Shown here: positions 45,932 through 56,721 of the stretch, one piece after another | How the letters are laid out: each line of letters opens with the position of its first letter | Numbering within the stretch: position 1 is the stretch's first letter | From: an uncultured bacterium | Lineage (GTDB): Bacteria; Zixibacteria; MSB-5A5; GN15; FEB-12 | Length of the DNA: 64,000 bases | NCBI GenBank assembly: GCA_965603125.1 | Contig: CBFDBU010000008.1 | Span: 30,929-94,928, forward strand | Direction of reading: 5' to 3' | The notes under the pieces: model-generated | Seen by the model: the letters and a program-made list of their open reading frames with translations, nothing else | What the model was told of the DNA's origin: nothing | The model's database searches: none | Made by a program: the position numbers and the translations under genes

Positions 45932-46567
45932 TTGTTTACGGGTTTGGTTGAGACAACGGGAACCGTTCGGGAGGTCAGGCGGAGGGGAGACTACCGGGTA
46001 CTGTCGATTGCCGCCCCCGAGCAGGGCGAACCTTTCAATGTCGGCGAGTCTGTCGCCTGTGACGGCGCCTGCCTGACGGTTGTGTCAGCGGCGGAAGGAT
46101 CGTTCGTGGTCGAAGCCTCCGTGGAGACAGCGAGCAGAACAACGCTGGAGGACTACCGGGCCGGGTCGGTGGTCAACGTGGAGCGGGCCGCGAAGGCAGG
46201 CAGCAGGCTCGGCGGCCACCTGGTCAGCGGGCATATCGATGACGTAGGTGTGGTCGACTACCTTCGCCCTGCGGGGGAGTCGCTTGTGTTGGCGTTGAGG
46301 TTTCCGCAGCGCTTCGATCCCTTGGTCATCGAGAAGGGCTCCGTTGCCATAAGCGGCGTGTCGCTTACGGTCAACGATGTCCGACCCGGCTGGTTGAGTG
46401 TGAATCTAATTCCCCACACGGCCCGCGTGACGACACTCGGATCGCTCAAAGTATCCGACAGGGTCAACCTTGAATTTGATATGATAGGCAAATATGTACT
46501 CAAAATGATCAATACACCGGGAGCGGAATCACTCACGATGGAAAAACTGAGAGGAAGTGGATGGTGA
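45932..46567 (+). CDS. ribE: riboflavin synthase (alpha chain)
   Basis: (M)[14 protein letters not shown]...[13 protein letters not shown]...[10 protein letters not shown]...[15 protein letters not shown] start at 45932 with AAGGAAAGG 7 nt upstream. The track start 45836 overlaps ribD. Confidence 0.9.
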   Translation: MFTGLVETTGTVREVRRRGDYRVLSIAAPEQGEPFNVGESVACDGACLTVVSAAEGSFVVEASVETASRTTLEDYRAGSVVNVERAAKAGSRLGGHLVSGHIDDVGVVDYLRPAGESLVLALRFPQRFDPLVIEKGSVAISGVSLTVNDVRPGWLSVNLIPHTARVTTLGSLKVSDRVNLEFDMIGKYVLKMINTPGAESLTMEKLRGSGW

Positions 46568-46568
46568 A

Positions 46569-47789
46569 ATGAACAGCAACAACGGTGTCAAGTTCAATAC
46601 GATTCCGGAGGCCATTGAAGATATCAGGGCCGGTAAGTTCGTGGTGGTGGTTGACGACGAAGACCGTGAGAACGAGGGCGATTTGATAATGGCGGCCGAG
46701 TGCGTGACGCCTGAGACGGTGAACTTCTTCACCAGGCACGGGCGCGGTCTGGTATGCTGTTGCCTGACGCACGAGAGCATTGAAAGGCTCAGGTTGCATC
46801 CGATGGTGGAGGAGAATACCGCCCTGCTGGGCACCCGTTTCACGGTGTCGGTCGACGCCGTGAAAGGCACCAGCACCGGTATTTCCGCCTACGACCGGGC
46901 GTTGACGATCAGGTGTCTGGTCGACGAGAACACGCGACCGGAGGATCTGGCCCGGCCCGGTCATGTCTTCCCCATTCAGGCGCTCAACGGCGGGGTACTC
47001 GCCCGCGCGGGTCATACGGAGGCCTCCACCGACTTGGCGCGCCTGGCCGGTTTCAAACCGATCGGCGTACTATGTGAAATTATGGACGACGACGGAACCA
47101 TGGCCCGGGTCCCGCGACTGATCAGATTCTGCAAGGAGCACAATCTCAAGCTGATCTCGATCCATGATCTTATCGCCTACCGGAGTCATACCGAAAAACT
47201 GGTGGAAAGGATTGAGATCGTTGATCTTCCCACCGAGTTCGGTCACTTCGACCTGCATCTGTATCGGTCGGACATCGATGACCACCATCACCTGGCTCTA
47301 ACGAAAGGCGACGTTGCGGGCAAGAAGAACGTTCTGGTGAGGGTTCATTCGAGTTGCCTCACGGGCGACGTTTTCGCCTCGCGGCGCTGCGACTGCGGGA
47401 GTCAGCTTCATGCCGCCATGCGGGCCGTGGATGAGGAGGGTCTGGGGGTGGTGCTTTACATGCGGCAGGAAGGGCGCGGAATCGGGCTGGCCAACAAGAT
47501 TCTTGCCTACAAGTTGCAGGAAGCCGGGCGCGATACGGTTGAGGCCAATGAAGAGTTAGGTTTCGAGGCCGACTTGCGGGACTACGGTATTGGAGCGCAA
47601 ATCCTGGTTGATCTGGGGCTGAGTTCAATCCGCCTGCTGACCAACAACCCTAAGAAGCTGGTAGGTTTGAAAGGGTATGGCCTGGAGATTACGGAACGGG
47701 TGCCACTCCAGATAGAACCGTCGCGGTACAACCAGGTTTACCTCGAAACGAAACGGGACAAACTGGGGCACTTGCTCAACCTCAAGTAG
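46569..47789 (+). CDS. ribBA: bifunctional 3,4-dihydroxy-2-butanone-4-phosphate synthase / GTP cyclohydrolase II
   Basis: [19 protein letters not shown]...RAGHTEAS (RibB). [24 protein letters not shown]...[11 protein letters not shown] (RibA). Confidence 0.93.
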   Translation: MNSNNGVKFNTIPEAIEDIRAGKFVVVVDDEDRENEGDLIMAAECVTPETVNFFTRHGRGLVCCCLTHESIERLRLHPMVEENTALLGTRFTVSVDAVKGTSTGISAYDRALTIRCLVDENTRPEDLARPGHVFPIQALNGGVLARAGHTEASTDLARLAGFKPIGVLCEIMDDDGTMARVPRLIRFCKEHNLKLISIHDLIAYRSHTEKLVERIEIVDLPTEFGHFDLHLYRSDIDDHHHLALTKGDVAGKKNVLVRVHSSCLTGDVFASRRCDCGSQLHAAMRAVDEEGLGVVLYMRQEGRGIGLANKILAYKLQEAGRDTVEANEELGFEADLRDYGIGAQILVDLGLSSIRLLTNNPKKLVGLKGYGLEITERVPLQIEPSRYNQVYLETKRDKLGHLLNLK

Positions 47790-48275
47790 ATGGGAGTAAA
47801 AATGATGGATCATAAGGTTTTCGAAGGCAAGCTTGAAGCGGCGGGACTGAGATTCGGTCTGGTGACTACTCGCTTCAACAACTTCTTCACCGACAAACTG
47901 CTCGAAGGCGCTCTGGACTGCCTCAGGCGTCACGGCGCCGATGAAGGTAACATCGGTGTCGCCTACGTACCGGGTGCGTTCGAGGTACCCTATGTTGCCG
48001 CCAGGATGGCCAATTCGGGCGATTACGATGCCGTTATCTGCCTCGGCGCCGTAGTGCGGGGAGACACGCCGCATTTCGATTACATAGCCGGCGAGTCGGC
48101 TAAGGGGATCGCCCGCATCGCGCTCGACAGCGGTATCCCGGTGATCTACGGCATAGTGACTGCAGACACGCTGGAGCAGGCGGTCGAACGTTCCGGCACC
48201 AAGGCGGGCAATAAAGGCTGGGACGCCGCCGCCGCCGCAATAGAAATGATCAACCTGTATCACAGTCTGGGTTGA
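47790..48275 (+). CDS. ribH: 6,7-dimethyl-8-ribityllumazine synthase
   Basis: [21 protein letters not shown]...VPGAFEVP...[14 protein letters not shown]...GIVT. ATG 47802 (GGGAG upstream) is an alternative start. Confidence 0.92.
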   Translation: MGVKMMDHKVFEGKLEAAGLRFGLVTTRFNNFFTDKLLEGALDCLRRHGADEGNIGVAYVPGAFEVPYVAARMANSGDYDAVICLGAVVRGDTPHFDYIAGESAKGIARIALDSGIPVIYGIVTADTLEQAVERSGTKAGNKGWDAAAAAIEMINLYHSLG

Positions 48276-48712
48276 GCATATTGAGCATAAAGGTATCCCT
48301 CCGTCACCGGGCGCGCGAGCTGGTGTTGCAGGCGTTGTATGCGTCCGAACAGGGTGACGCGGCTCCGAACGAGGACTTCTCGAATATCGTCGATGCCGAA
48401 CCGCTGCCCGACCGAGCGCTGCAGTTCGCCCGCCAACTGTATGACCTGACGCAGACACATCGCCGGTGGGCCGACGAGCGGATCAGTCAACTGGCCGAGA
48501 ACTGGGAAATCAACCGGATGGCGGCAGTCGATCTTGCCATTCTGCGAATGGCGATAGTGGAATTGCAGTACGTTGTCGACGTGCCGGTCAAAGTAGTCCT
48601 GAACGAGGCAATCGAACTGGCCAAGACGTTTTCCACGGATGATTCTTCGGCGTTCGTAAACGGTATCCTCGACAACTTCGTCAAACAGATGGAGGGCTCC
48701 TCAAGGGATTAG
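48272..48712 (+). CDS. nusB: transcription antitermination factor NusB
   Basis: [16 protein letters not shown]...[13 protein letters not shown]...[17 protein letters not shown]...FVNGILD. The start overlaps the ribH stop. Confidence 0.9.
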   Translation: MSILSIKVSLRHRARELVLQALYASEQGDAAPNEDFSNIVDAEPLPDRALQFARQLYDLTQTHRRWADERISQLAENWEINRMAAVDLAILRMAIVELQYVVDVPVKVVLNEAIELAKTFSTDDSSAFVNGILDNFVKQMEGSSRD

Positions 48713-48918
48713 CTGTCATGGGTGGGTGACAGGCAGTTCGGTTTCCGAGTATAATGGGACTTTTCTTCGACAACCTCCCGACGCGTCAGCATACGCGGCG
48801 GTCTGTAAAAGGAACTGGACAGGCAACATAAAGCTGTTATATTGCAACTCTTTAGGAGGCCGCCGCACACTGTCAGGGAAGAAGGTCCGGCGGCATAGCT
48901 CTCGACCGGTCCTTGTGG

Positions 48919-51900
48919 ATGAAAAGCAGTTCTCGCTACAACCTCGACATCACCAATGCTATCATCGGCTTTGGCATCTGGTTTCTGAGCTTTTGGGTCT
49001 ACTATCTCACTAAGGCCGTGACCCTGTCATTCTGGGACTGCGGTGAATTCATCGCCGCTGGTTACGTTCTGGGCATACCCCATCCGCCCGGATCGCCCCT
49101 GTGGGTAATGGTCGGGCGCATCTTCAGTATTCTGCCGATTTCCTCCGATATTGCCGTGCGCGTAAACATGCTGTCTGGTTTCTGTTCGTCGTTCACGGCG
49201 CTGTTCGGTTACCTGGCATCGGTGCGTATTCTCTGGATATGGTTCGGATCGGATCGGAGCACCTACAGTCGGCTGCTGATTTACGGTGGGGCCGCGTCGG
49301 GAGCTCTGTTTCTCGCTTTTGGCCTCACGAACTGGACCAACTCGGTGGAGGCCGAAGTTTACGGCATGTCCATGATGTTAATGATAGCTATGCTGTGGCT
49401 GATACTGCTCTATCTCGAACGTCGGGGCACCGCCCTTGGCGAGCGGATCATGCTGCTGATCGTCTTTTTAGCCTTTCTGGGTATCGGCGTTCACATGATC
49501 ACGTTCCTGGTCTTCCCGGTGGCGGCCCTCGTTTTCATTATCAAGAAGGACGCCGGCGTCGCAACCTGGTTTACGGCCGCGCTCTTTTTTGCTGCTGAAC
49601 TGTACCTGGTATTCGTTCTCTCATCCCAGGTCGGCGAACTGCCCTGGTATCTGCCGGTAGTGATAGTATTCGTGTTCTACCTGTTCTACGTCTTCTCCTT
49701 CGACCGCATTCCGCGCCTGTTTCTTTATGTCGGCGGTGGTTTCCTGCTGGCTACGGCCCCCGGGTGGGTGACGGCAATCAACATTGTGGGAAAAGCGTAC
49801 GGTGTTTCCGGTGTGGTTGGCGGCAGTGTCCAGCAGGTCTTGACAATTGTGGCTCAACTGGCGACGGCCGCTTTAATATTGACCGGGCTTTATTGTCTCT
49901 CGAAGTACCTGGGCAAAAGCGCAACCGGCGCTCGACGGAGTGTTTATCTGACGGCGGCTTCTTTTACCCTGACCGCCGGGATCGCGTCGGCGCTGCTGCA
50001 TGTTCCGAAGGGTTATACGACCTTTCTGGTCCTCTCTGCGATTATGGCCTTGGTTGTCGCGGCATTCCTGTGGCGTCACATACACTGGCCTATATTAACA
50101 GCGGCCGTGGGCGCATCCCTCGTGGTTATGGACCTGAGTCTGTTTGTAATCGGTATTGGCGTGGCGGCGGCAGCGTTGCTCGCGATGGGTCTGGGAGGTC
50201 GTCTGCCGCGGTGGCGAACTGGCCTGATGATTCTTGTCATGGCCGTGGCCGGCTTTTCCGTGCACCTGTTCATTCCGATCCGGTCGGCGCAACAGCCTTC
50301 TCTTAACGAAAACAATCCTTCGGAATCCTTGCGTACGACGGTCAACTTCCTCGAGCGAAAACAATACGGTACGCAGTCGATGGTCGAACGGATGTTCATG
50401 CGCCGGGCGGACTGGGTCAACCAGTTCGGCAATCACCGACGGATGGGTTTCTGGGGCTTTTTTCAACAGCAGTATGGCCTCCGGGGTTCTAAATTCGTGC
50501 TGCTTCTGCTTCTGGGTTTGTTCGGAGTCTGGGAGGTCGTTCGTCGTTCCCCGGTAGCGGGGTGGCCACTGGTGGTGCTCCTGCTCCTTTCAACGGTGGG
50601 GCTGGTGCTGTATATGAATTTCGCGGACGGGACACGCCAGGGTCTCGGTACGGGACCCGATCACATCGAGGTGCGCGACCGGGACTATTTCTTTACGCCC
50701 GGTTTCGTTCTCTTCGGCCTGGCGATCGGGATCGGAGCCGCGATAGTCGTTCAATACATCCGCAGCAGTGTCAGGCGGTTTTCAGCTCTCCCGAGAAAGA
50801 CAGTGCTGTCTTGTGCTCTTGTCGTGCTGCTCTTGCCGGGTTATGCCTTAGGTGTGAACTACTACTATTGCGACCGCTCGCGGAACTTCATCCCCTACGA
50901 CTACGCCTGGAATCTCCTGGACTCGGCTGACGAAAACGCCGTCCTGTTCACCAACGGCGACAATGACACCTTTCCGCTCTGGTGCCTGCAGGAGGTCTAC
51001 GGTGTGCGCACCGACGTCAAGGTTGTGAACCTGTCGCTGGCCAACCTGCGCTGGTACATCAAGCAGCTTCAGAGCAACCTGGGACTCGATCTGGGCTGGA
51101 GCGACGAGCGGATTGACCGGCTGCGGCCTTTCCGCGTGCCCGACAGCGCCACCCTCAGCGCCCGTGGCCAGATAGTCGACAAATCCGTCTATGGGTACCT
51201 CGGCCTGAGCAGCAGGAAACTTGACAGTGTGTATAGATCCGCCGGCGTTCCCTATGGCGCTACGTTTCCTCTCCGCGCGCAGGTAGTGGACAAGCTGATC
51301 TACAGCCGGCTGGGCAGGGAACCAATCAATTTTTCGGTCACCTCGGGACGTGGCTCTCGGGTCTTTCTGGGCCGCCGAATCGACAGTCTCCTGTCGTTGA
51401 ACGGCATGATGTGGCGGGTTAATGAGACGGGAGGGGCGATTCGGGCCGATATGGAATCGTCCGTGGATTTCTTTACCAGACCCGGTCGGTTCAGCGCTCG
51501 CGGAGTCAATGATCCCACGATCTACAAGAACGAAGCCACCCGCCGGCTGGTCAGCAACTTCACCAACGGCTTTCTTCTGGTGGCTGATTCTCTGCGCGCC
51601 CGTGGTGATATCCGACAGGCGGAAGAACTTGCCCGGCTGGCCGTGGAACAGATGCCGCTCTCGGCGGACGCAGTGGAGTATCTGGCCGGGATCTACGGCC
51701 AACAGGGACGGGTGGAGGACCTGTCGGCCCTCTACCGAAAAACCGTAGCTGGAGACAGAAGTACCCTTGCCGTGATGATGGCGCTGGCATATCGCCAGAT
51801 AGGAGATGACATTAGAGCCGAGCAACTGCTGGACAGCCTGCTAACCGCTGATGAGACCTGCCGGCCGGCTTTCGAGGAACTGGTCCGGCTTTACTTCGAG

Positions 51901-52041
51901 AACAACCAGGTGGGCAGCATGGACGTGCTGCTGAAGCGATGGCTGCGAACCAATCCCGGTGACAGGCGAGCCAGGCTGATGCTTGAGGAACTGCGCCGGG
52001 GTCTCGATTCGTTCGACTCCGTGCGAGGGAGCGGCCGGTGA
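48919..52041 (+). CDS. DUF2723-family polytopic membrane protein (putative glycosyltransferase) with C-terminal TPR region
   Basis: The hallmark N-terminal motif is FWDCGEFIAAGYVLGIPHPPGSPLW. There are more than 10 TM segments and a C-terminal TPR-like soluble domain. The start is ATG 48919 (the track TTG 48913 is 2 codons upstream). Confidence 0.8.
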   Translation: MKSSSRYNLDITNAIIGFGIWFLSFWVYYLTKAVTLSFWDCGEFIAAGYVLGIPHPPGSPLWVMVGRIFSILPISSDIAVRVNMLSGFCSSFTALFGYLASVRILWIWFGSDRSTYSRLLIYGGAASGALFLAFGLTNWTNSVEAEVYGMSMMLMIAMLWLILLYLERRGTALGERIMLLIVFLAFLGIGVHMITFLVFPVAALVFIIKKDAGVATWFTAALFFAAELYLVFVLSSQVGELPWYLPVVIVFVFYLFYVFSFDRIPRLFLYVGGGFLLATAPGWVTAINIVGKAYGVSGVVGGSVQQVLTIVAQLATAALILTGLYCLSKYLGKSATGARRSVYLTAASFTLTAGIASALLHVPKGYTTFLVLSAIMALVVAAFLWRHIHWPILTAAVGASLVVMDLSLFVIGIGVAAAALLAMGLGGRLPRWRTGLMILVMAVAGFSVHLFIPIRSAQQPSLNENNPSESLRTTVNFLERKQYGTQSMVERMFMRRADWVNQFGNHRRMGFWGFFQQQYGLRGSKFVLLLLLGLFGVWEVVRRSPVAGWPLVVLLLLSTVGLVLYMNFADGTRQGLGTGPDHIEVRDRDYFFTPGFVLFGLAIGIGAAIVVQYIRSSVRRFSALPRKTVLSCALVVLLLPGYALGVNYYYCDRSRNFIPYDYAWNLLDSADENAVLFTNGDNDTFPLWCLQEVYGVRTDVKVVNLSLANLRWYIKQLQSNLGLDLGWSDERIDRLRPFRVPDSATLSARGQIVDKSVYGYLGLSSRKLDSVYRSAGVPYGATFPLRAQVVDKLIYSRLGREPINFSVTSGRGSRVFLGRRIDSLLSLNGMMWRVNETGGAIRADMESSVDFFTRPGRFSARGVNDPTIYKNEATRRLVSNFTNGFLLVADSLRARGDIRQAEELARLAVEQMPLSADAVEYLAGIYGQQGRVEDLSALYRKTVAGDRSTLAVMMALAYRQIGDDIRAEQLLDSLLTADETCRPAFEELVRLYFENNQVGSMDVLLKRWLRTNPGDRRARLMLEELRRGLDSFDSVRGSGR

Positions 52042-53153
52042 GGATTCTGGCTCTCAACTGGAATGACCTGAAGAACCCTTATGCCGGTGGGGCCGAGGTC
52101 CACCTTGAGGAGATGCTGCGACGTCTGGTGACGTACGGTCACGAAGTGACGCTGCTGTGTTCAGGGTTCGCTGGCTGTCGGCGCTCTGAGACAGTGGAAG
52201 GTATCAGGATAGTCAGGTGCGGTAATAGACACAACTTCAACCTGGTCGTCCCATTTCACATCAGGCGACTCGTGCGCGACAATCATTACGACATCCTGGT
52301 GGAAGACATCAACAAGATACCTTTCTACACGCCGCTCTATCTGGACATCAAGACGTTGGTGGTGGTGCCGCACCTTTTCGCCACGACGGTGTTTCACGAA
52401 ATCAACTTCGTGCTTGGGTGCTACATCTACCTCGCGGAGAAACCGATGGTGTCGATCTACCGGGGGCGGCCGTTCAACGTCATATCGGAGTCGACCGCCG
52501 ACGATATCGCCGCTCGTGGCATCCCCCGCAGCGACATATCAATTATCCACTGTGGTATCGACCGGCAGGTCTATGCGCACGACCCCGGTCTGCCCAAGTA
52601 TGAGCAGCCGACTATCCTCTACCTGGGACGGATAAAGAAGTACAAGTCGATTCAGGACCTGGTATGCGCGCTGGCGCTGGTAAAGAAAAAGCTGCCCGAG
52701 GCGCGACTGATGGTTGTCGGCGCCGGTGACTATCTTGACAGTCTCAAGTCTCTGGCGAGATCGATGGGCTTGGCCCATGACGTGGAGTTTCCGGGTTTTG
52801 TTTCGCCGGAAGAGAAAGTCGAGCGCATGCGCCGCGCGCACGTGTCCGTTCTTCCGTCGTTGAAGGAAGGATGGGGGTTGACCAATATCGAGGCCAATTC
52901 CGTCGGGACGGCGGTGGTGGCGGCCGATGTGCCGGGCCTGAGGGATTCCGTTCGTGACGGCCAAACCGGGTTGCTCTACGAGTACGGCGATGTCGAGCAG
53001 TTGGCCCGGAAGCTCTTGCAAATTCTCGCCGACGACAGCCTGCGCGTGCGTCTGCAGGAGGGCGCCCTCAAGTGGGCCGAGACATTCAACTGGGACGATG
53101 CCGCCCGCAAGTTCGAGGACCTTCTGCTGAAACTGGTCGGGGAGAGGCGATGA
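52038..53153 (+). CDS. glycosyltransferase family 4 (GT-B, Glycos_transf_1)
   Basis: RILALNWNDLKNPYAGGAEVHL...LPSLKEGWGLTNIEANSVGTAVVAADVPGLRDSV (E-x7-E region). The GTGA start overlaps the upstream stop. Confidence 0.85.
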   Translation: MRILALNWNDLKNPYAGGAEVHLEEMLRRLVTYGHEVTLLCSGFAGCRRSETVEGIRIVRCGNRHNFNLVVPFHIRRLVRDNHYDILVEDINKIPFYTPLYLDIKTLVVVPHLFATTVFHEINFVLGCYIYLAEKPMVSIYRGRPFNVISESTADDIAARGIPRSDISIIHCGIDRQVYAHDPGLPKYEQPTILYLGRIKKYKSIQDLVCALALVKKKLPEARLMVVGAGDYLDSLKSLARSMGLAHDVEFPGFVSPEEKVERMRRAHVSVLPSLKEGWGLTNIEANSVGTAVVAADVPGLRDSVRDGQTGLLYEYGDVEQLARKLLQILADDSLRVRLQEGALKWAETFNWDDAARKFEDLLLKLVGERR

Positions 53154-54163
53154 AGTCGAAGGCGAAGAAGCAATTCTATTTCCTATTGGGTATTGTGATA
53201 TCGGCGGCATTCGTGTGGGCTCTTTTTCGTAATATTGATTTTGGGGACTTGTGGGGCGCCCTTAAGGGAGCCAACTACCTCTGGTTGATACCGAACGTTC
53301 TGTTGATAGTTCTGACCATGTACCAGCGTGCTTACCGCTGGCGCTTCATGGTGGCGCCGATCGGCCGCGTCCCGTTTTCCAAGCTCCTCGCGGCGACCTG
53401 TATCGGTTTCATGGCCAACAACGTTCTGCCGCTGCGGTTGGGGGAGTTTGTGCGCGCTTACTCTCTTGCTATGCAGCACAAACAGATCACCAAGTCGGCC
53501 TCCCTGGCGACTATCTTTGTCGAGCGTATGGTTTTCGACCTCGTGGCTCTTTTGCTGATCTTCGGTGTCGTTCTCGGCCTGTCGCACCTGTCGCTGGATG
53601 AGTCGATGAGATACGGGCTCAGCATTGCCATTGGAGCTGCTTTCCTTGGGCTTGTTTTTATCATGGTCATGGCCCTAAAGCCGGTGCAGACCACCAGTTT
53701 CCTGACGCGGTACCTGTTTATGATTCCCGAACGCGGCAAACAGTTCATCCAGCGCGTGGTTATGAAATTCACGCGCGGACTTGAGTTTCTGAGGGACAGA
53801 GACGCCGTGATGCAGGTGGCGTTTCACACGCTGTTGATCTGGATACTGATGGGAGTATCCAACCTGTTCGTCTTTCGCGCTTTCGGTCTTGATCTGCCGC
53901 TGGATGCTTCGTTCGTGGTGTTGGTGGTGGTGTCGGTGTCGATCCTGGTTCCGTCCTCACCCGGATTCATCGGCGTCTACCATGCCGGAGCCGTTTGGGC
54001 TATGATGGCCTATGGGTACACCAAGAGCGAGGTTCTGCCCTGCGCCATTGTCCTTCACGCCGCTCAGTACTTAGTGGTAACTCTCATGGGTTTCTATTTC
54101 CTGAAAAAGGAGCACCTCACGCTTAAGAGGCTGGAGGAAGTGGCAGGCGAGAACGAGCAATAG
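53150..54163 (+). CDS. flippase-like / lysylphosphatidylglycerol-synthase TM-region family membrane protein (UPF0104)
   Basis: ATGA overlaps the GT4 stop. MKSKAKKQFYFLLGIVISAAFVWALFRNIDFGDLWGALKGANYLWL and about 8 TM segments are typical of this family. Confidence 0.7.
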   Translation: MKSKAKKQFYFLLGIVISAAFVWALFRNIDFGDLWGALKGANYLWLIPNVLLIVLTMYQRAYRWRFMVAPIGRVPFSKLLAATCIGFMANNVLPLRLGEFVRAYSLAMQHKQITKSASLATIFVERMVFDLVALLLIFGVVLGLSHLSLDESMRYGLSIAIGAAFLGLVFIMVMALKPVQTTSFLTRYLFMIPERGKQFIQRVVMKFTRGLEFLRDRDAVMQVAFHTLLIWILMGVSNLFVFRAFGLDLPLDASFVVLVVVSVSILVPSSPGFIGVYHAGAVWAMMAYGYTKSEVLPCAIVLHAAQYLVVTLMGFYFLKKEHLTLKRLEEVAGENEQ

Positions 54164-54251
54164 CCGGGACGGCCAGGTGATTCCGATCCCGGTTGCGCGG
54201 GTATCATGTCATTCATAGTCCGCGTTTCGGTTGATTGAGCAGAGTGGTTCG

Positions 54252-56474
54252 ATGCGTGACACGGTTTTCAAGCGTACTATTCTTGCCATACTGATCCTTG
54301 CGACCTTATGGCGGATCGGGTTTCTGACTACCGGCCGGGTGCTCCCGGTCATGTGGGACGCCAGTCGCTACGCCAGTGCGGGGGTAGCCCTGTTATCTTA
54401 CGTGGACGACTCCGGGCCACAGCAGGAAACCAACGAAGACCTGGACCGGGAAGCGTTCGCCTACTACTACGACAAGTACGTCCAGGGCGAACAGATCGAC
54501 TGGCTGTTCTATGCGCCGCACACTCTGACCCAGGCGCGTGAGGACCTTTTCCTGAGCGGTCCGCTCTACCCGCTTCTGCTGGCGGCGGTTTTCTATCTCG
54601 CACCCGCAGCGGATTTCACCTGCGCCCGTCTGGTGGGGATCGCGCTGGATATTATCGCCTGCCTCCTTTTGATGCTGATTGCCGTCCGTCTCGTGGGTCG
54701 CAAGGCGGCGCTGCTGGCGGGTGCCGTCTACGCCGTCTACTTTCCCTTCACGCTGGCGTCGACCACGCTGTTGATGGAGACCTCCACCGTTTTTTTCATC
54801 CTGCTCGCGATTTACGCCATGATCCGCGGTGTCGAGACCGACCAGCGTGTCTTCTTCGTTGCGGCCGGGATTATCAGCGGACTGTTGGTGCTGCACAAGC
54901 CCACGGCGATGTTCCTCGGCCTTCCTCTTGTCGTCGGACTGTACCTGTACACGCGGCGGTCGTGGGATGGGCGGAAGTTCCTGTGGCGGCTGGCGCAGGT
55001 AGCGCTGCCGGCTTTAGTTGTTTTTGCGGTCTGGCTGGGTATTTCGTCGGCAAAGTATGGTCAACCGGCGCTTCGCGATCCTGCCTACGCCGGGGTCAAT
55101 CTGAGACAGTCGTCCTCGATCAGGTTCGAGGGTTACGATCTCGACCAGGTCGAGCCCACGTTCTCTGAAAGAAAGGTGTACGGCGATTTCTTCGGCCAAC
55201 TGCCCGGTTACCTGGGCCTTTTCGCCAAGAAGTTCGAGCGCCTCTGGAGCCGCCCCTACAACGATTTCAAGAGAACCTTCGTCCTGCCCTACGTGGTTGA
55301 TGAGCGACTGCACGTAATAGTAGTATCGCTGGGGTTGGTAGGGCTCCTCTTCATGGTAGCGAAAAACCTGTCACTGGCCGCCTGGCCGTTGCTCATTACT
55401 GCCTACTATATATCGCTTCACCTCGTGTTTCATTCGATCAATCGGTACGCGTTCGCGGCCATACCGCTGCTGATAATCTGCGGCGCCGGTTTGGTGACGG
55501 CGCTGGCGGACAGGTACGCGGCTTCCGGGTCGGCGGCAAGACGAATTCTGCCGGTCGCTGCCGGCCTGCTTCTTATCGGCTGGCTGATCGAGGCGCACTG
55601 GTTGAGTGCCATATTTGGCTGTGAACTGTCTTTGACTATGGTCGTGACAGTCATAATTCTCAAAGCGCTGTTGTGGCTGGCGGCGGTGACTCTCCTGGTG
55701 AGGGAGTTGTGGGGCGGCAGGTGGCGAGCGCGTCATCTGTGGGTGGGGCTGGCGGCGAGCCTGATCTTTACCCTGACGACTGCCACGCCGCTTCTTTTCC
55801 GCAACGGCTGGGCGGAGTTCTCGTGCCGTCTGGATGATCCGAAGATGAAGGCCGGGACCCGGCTCTATGTCTCGCGAATGGGGCCGCTTGATGAGGGCGA
55901 TCTCCTGGCTCTCATGATAGATCTCAATGCTCCCTCGGAGCGCAAGAACAGTTTCTCCCTGTTTGTCGGGGACAGAGAGCAGCGGTACGTGGTCGGCCGG
56001 GAGCCGCTGGCTCGGTACTTCTATCCCAAGCCGACATACGATGAGTACGCCCGACTTGAAGGGCAGGGCATTGAGCACTTTCGCCAGTATGCCGTCGTGC
56101 CGGTGGAGGCCGGTCGGATCCGGCGTCTTCTGGAGAGGGACGGCTTCCTGGACGTATCCGTGGCCATCAACGACGGTATGCAGGAAGCGGACAATTACAT
56201 CACGCTCCACGGCAGCTACGCCACGGGAAACGCCGATGTTCTGATGCCGTCGCACCACTATACCTCCGTGGAGCGGTATGTGCATCGTGACGACCCCCGA
56301 ATCAGGCTCCCTGTGAAACTTGTGTCCGACTCGGCCATTTCTTACTATATTACCCGTAATGACAGTATCGTTATCGCCGGACAGGATCTGTCTCCCGCGG
56401 CCGGTAAGCAGACGGGGAGATACAATATGTACCTGGCTCTTTTCCGGCACGAGGGCGGGTTTCTTGTGTATTAG
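54252..56474 (+). CDS. polytopic membrane protein, ArnT/PMT_2 (GT39/GT83)-like putative glycosyltransferase with C-terminal soluble domain
   Basis: There are about 12 TM segments with a periplasmic loop after TM1 (WDASRYASAG). The architecture resembles dolichyl/undecaprenyl-phosphate-sugar-dependent transferases. The motif match is loose. TTG 54231 is an alternative start. Confidence 0.5.
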   Translation: MRDTVFKRTILAILILATLWRIGFLTTGRVLPVMWDASRYASAGVALLSYVDDSGPQQETNEDLDREAFAYYYDKYVQGEQIDWLFYAPHTLTQAREDLFLSGPLYPLLLAAVFYLAPAADFTCARLVGIALDIIACLLLMLIAVRLVGRKAALLAGAVYAVYFPFTLASTTLLMETSTVFFILLAIYAMIRGVETDQRVFFVAAGIISGLLVLHKPTAMFLGLPLVVGLYLYTRRSWDGRKFLWRLAQVALPALVVFAVWLGISSAKYGQPALRDPAYAGVNLRQSSSIRFEGYDLDQVEPTFSERKVYGDFFGQLPGYLGLFAKKFERLWSRPYNDFKRTFVLPYVVDERLHVIVVSLGLVGLLFMVAKNLSLAAWPLLITAYYISLHLVFHSINRYAFAAIPLLIICGAGLVTALADRYAASGSAARRILPVAAGLLLIGWLIEAHWLSAIFGCELSLTMVVTVIILKALLWLAAVTLLVRELWGGRWRARHLWVGLAASLIFTLTTATPLLFRNGWAEFSCRLDDPKMKAGTRLYVSRMGPLDEGDLLALMIDLNAPSERKNSFSLFVGDREQRYVVGREPLARYFYPKPTYDEYARLEGQGIEHFRQYAVVPVEAGRIRRLLERDGFLDVSVAINDGMQEADNYITLHGSYATGNADVLMPSHHYTSVERYVHRDDPRIRLPVKLVSDSAISYYITRNDSIVIAGQDLSPAAGKQTGRYNMYLALFRHEGGFLVY

Positions 56475-56538
56475 AGGAGGAAAGTGAAGGACAATGGCTA
56501 GCCGGTGCACGAGGGGAGGATGTCCCACAAGTCGGTAA

Positions 56539-56618
56539 GGGGCAGACCGGGGGTCTGCAGCCCACGGAATTCCCGTGAGCTCAGAGATTACCGTGCCTGG
56601 CAGACGCCCTCGTCTGCT
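56539..56618. repeat. two GCAGAC...GTCTGC hairpins (REP-like)
   Basis: GGGGCAGACCgggGGTCTGC (56539-56558) and GGCAGACGccctCGTCTGC (56599-56617, core AGACGCCCTCGTCTGC at 56602-56617). Confidence 0.65.
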
Positions 56619-56638
56619 GGGTAAGGGGTGGCAGCAGT

Positions 56639-56706
56639 TGTAGGTCGAGACCCCTGCGGTCTCGACAGATTCAGGTGTCAGAACCACAGGGGTTCTGACC
56701 TACAGG
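56639..56706. repeat. 68-nt composite palindromic element, copy 2
   Basis: TGTAGGTC[GAGACCcctgcGGTCTCGAC]agattcaggt[GTCAGAACCacaggGGTTCTGAC]CTACAGG. Both inner hairpins are perfect 9-bp stems. It ends 15 nt before ATG 56722. Confidence 0.8.
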
Positions 56707-56721
56707 ATTGAAGGACTACTC

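Noticed and set aside
47625-48458. 277-aa minus-strand ORF across ribBA/ribH/nusB
   Set aside because: It is antisense to three well-supported genes and spans their junctions, so it is not credible as coding.
50848-51825. 325-aa minus-strand ORF
   Set aside because: Antisense shadow within the DUF2723/TPR gene.
55371-56687. 438-aa minus-strand ORF
   Set aside because: It is antisense to the 12-TM membrane protein and extends into the hairpin-rich spacer. It is Arg/Pro/Gly-rich with low complexity.
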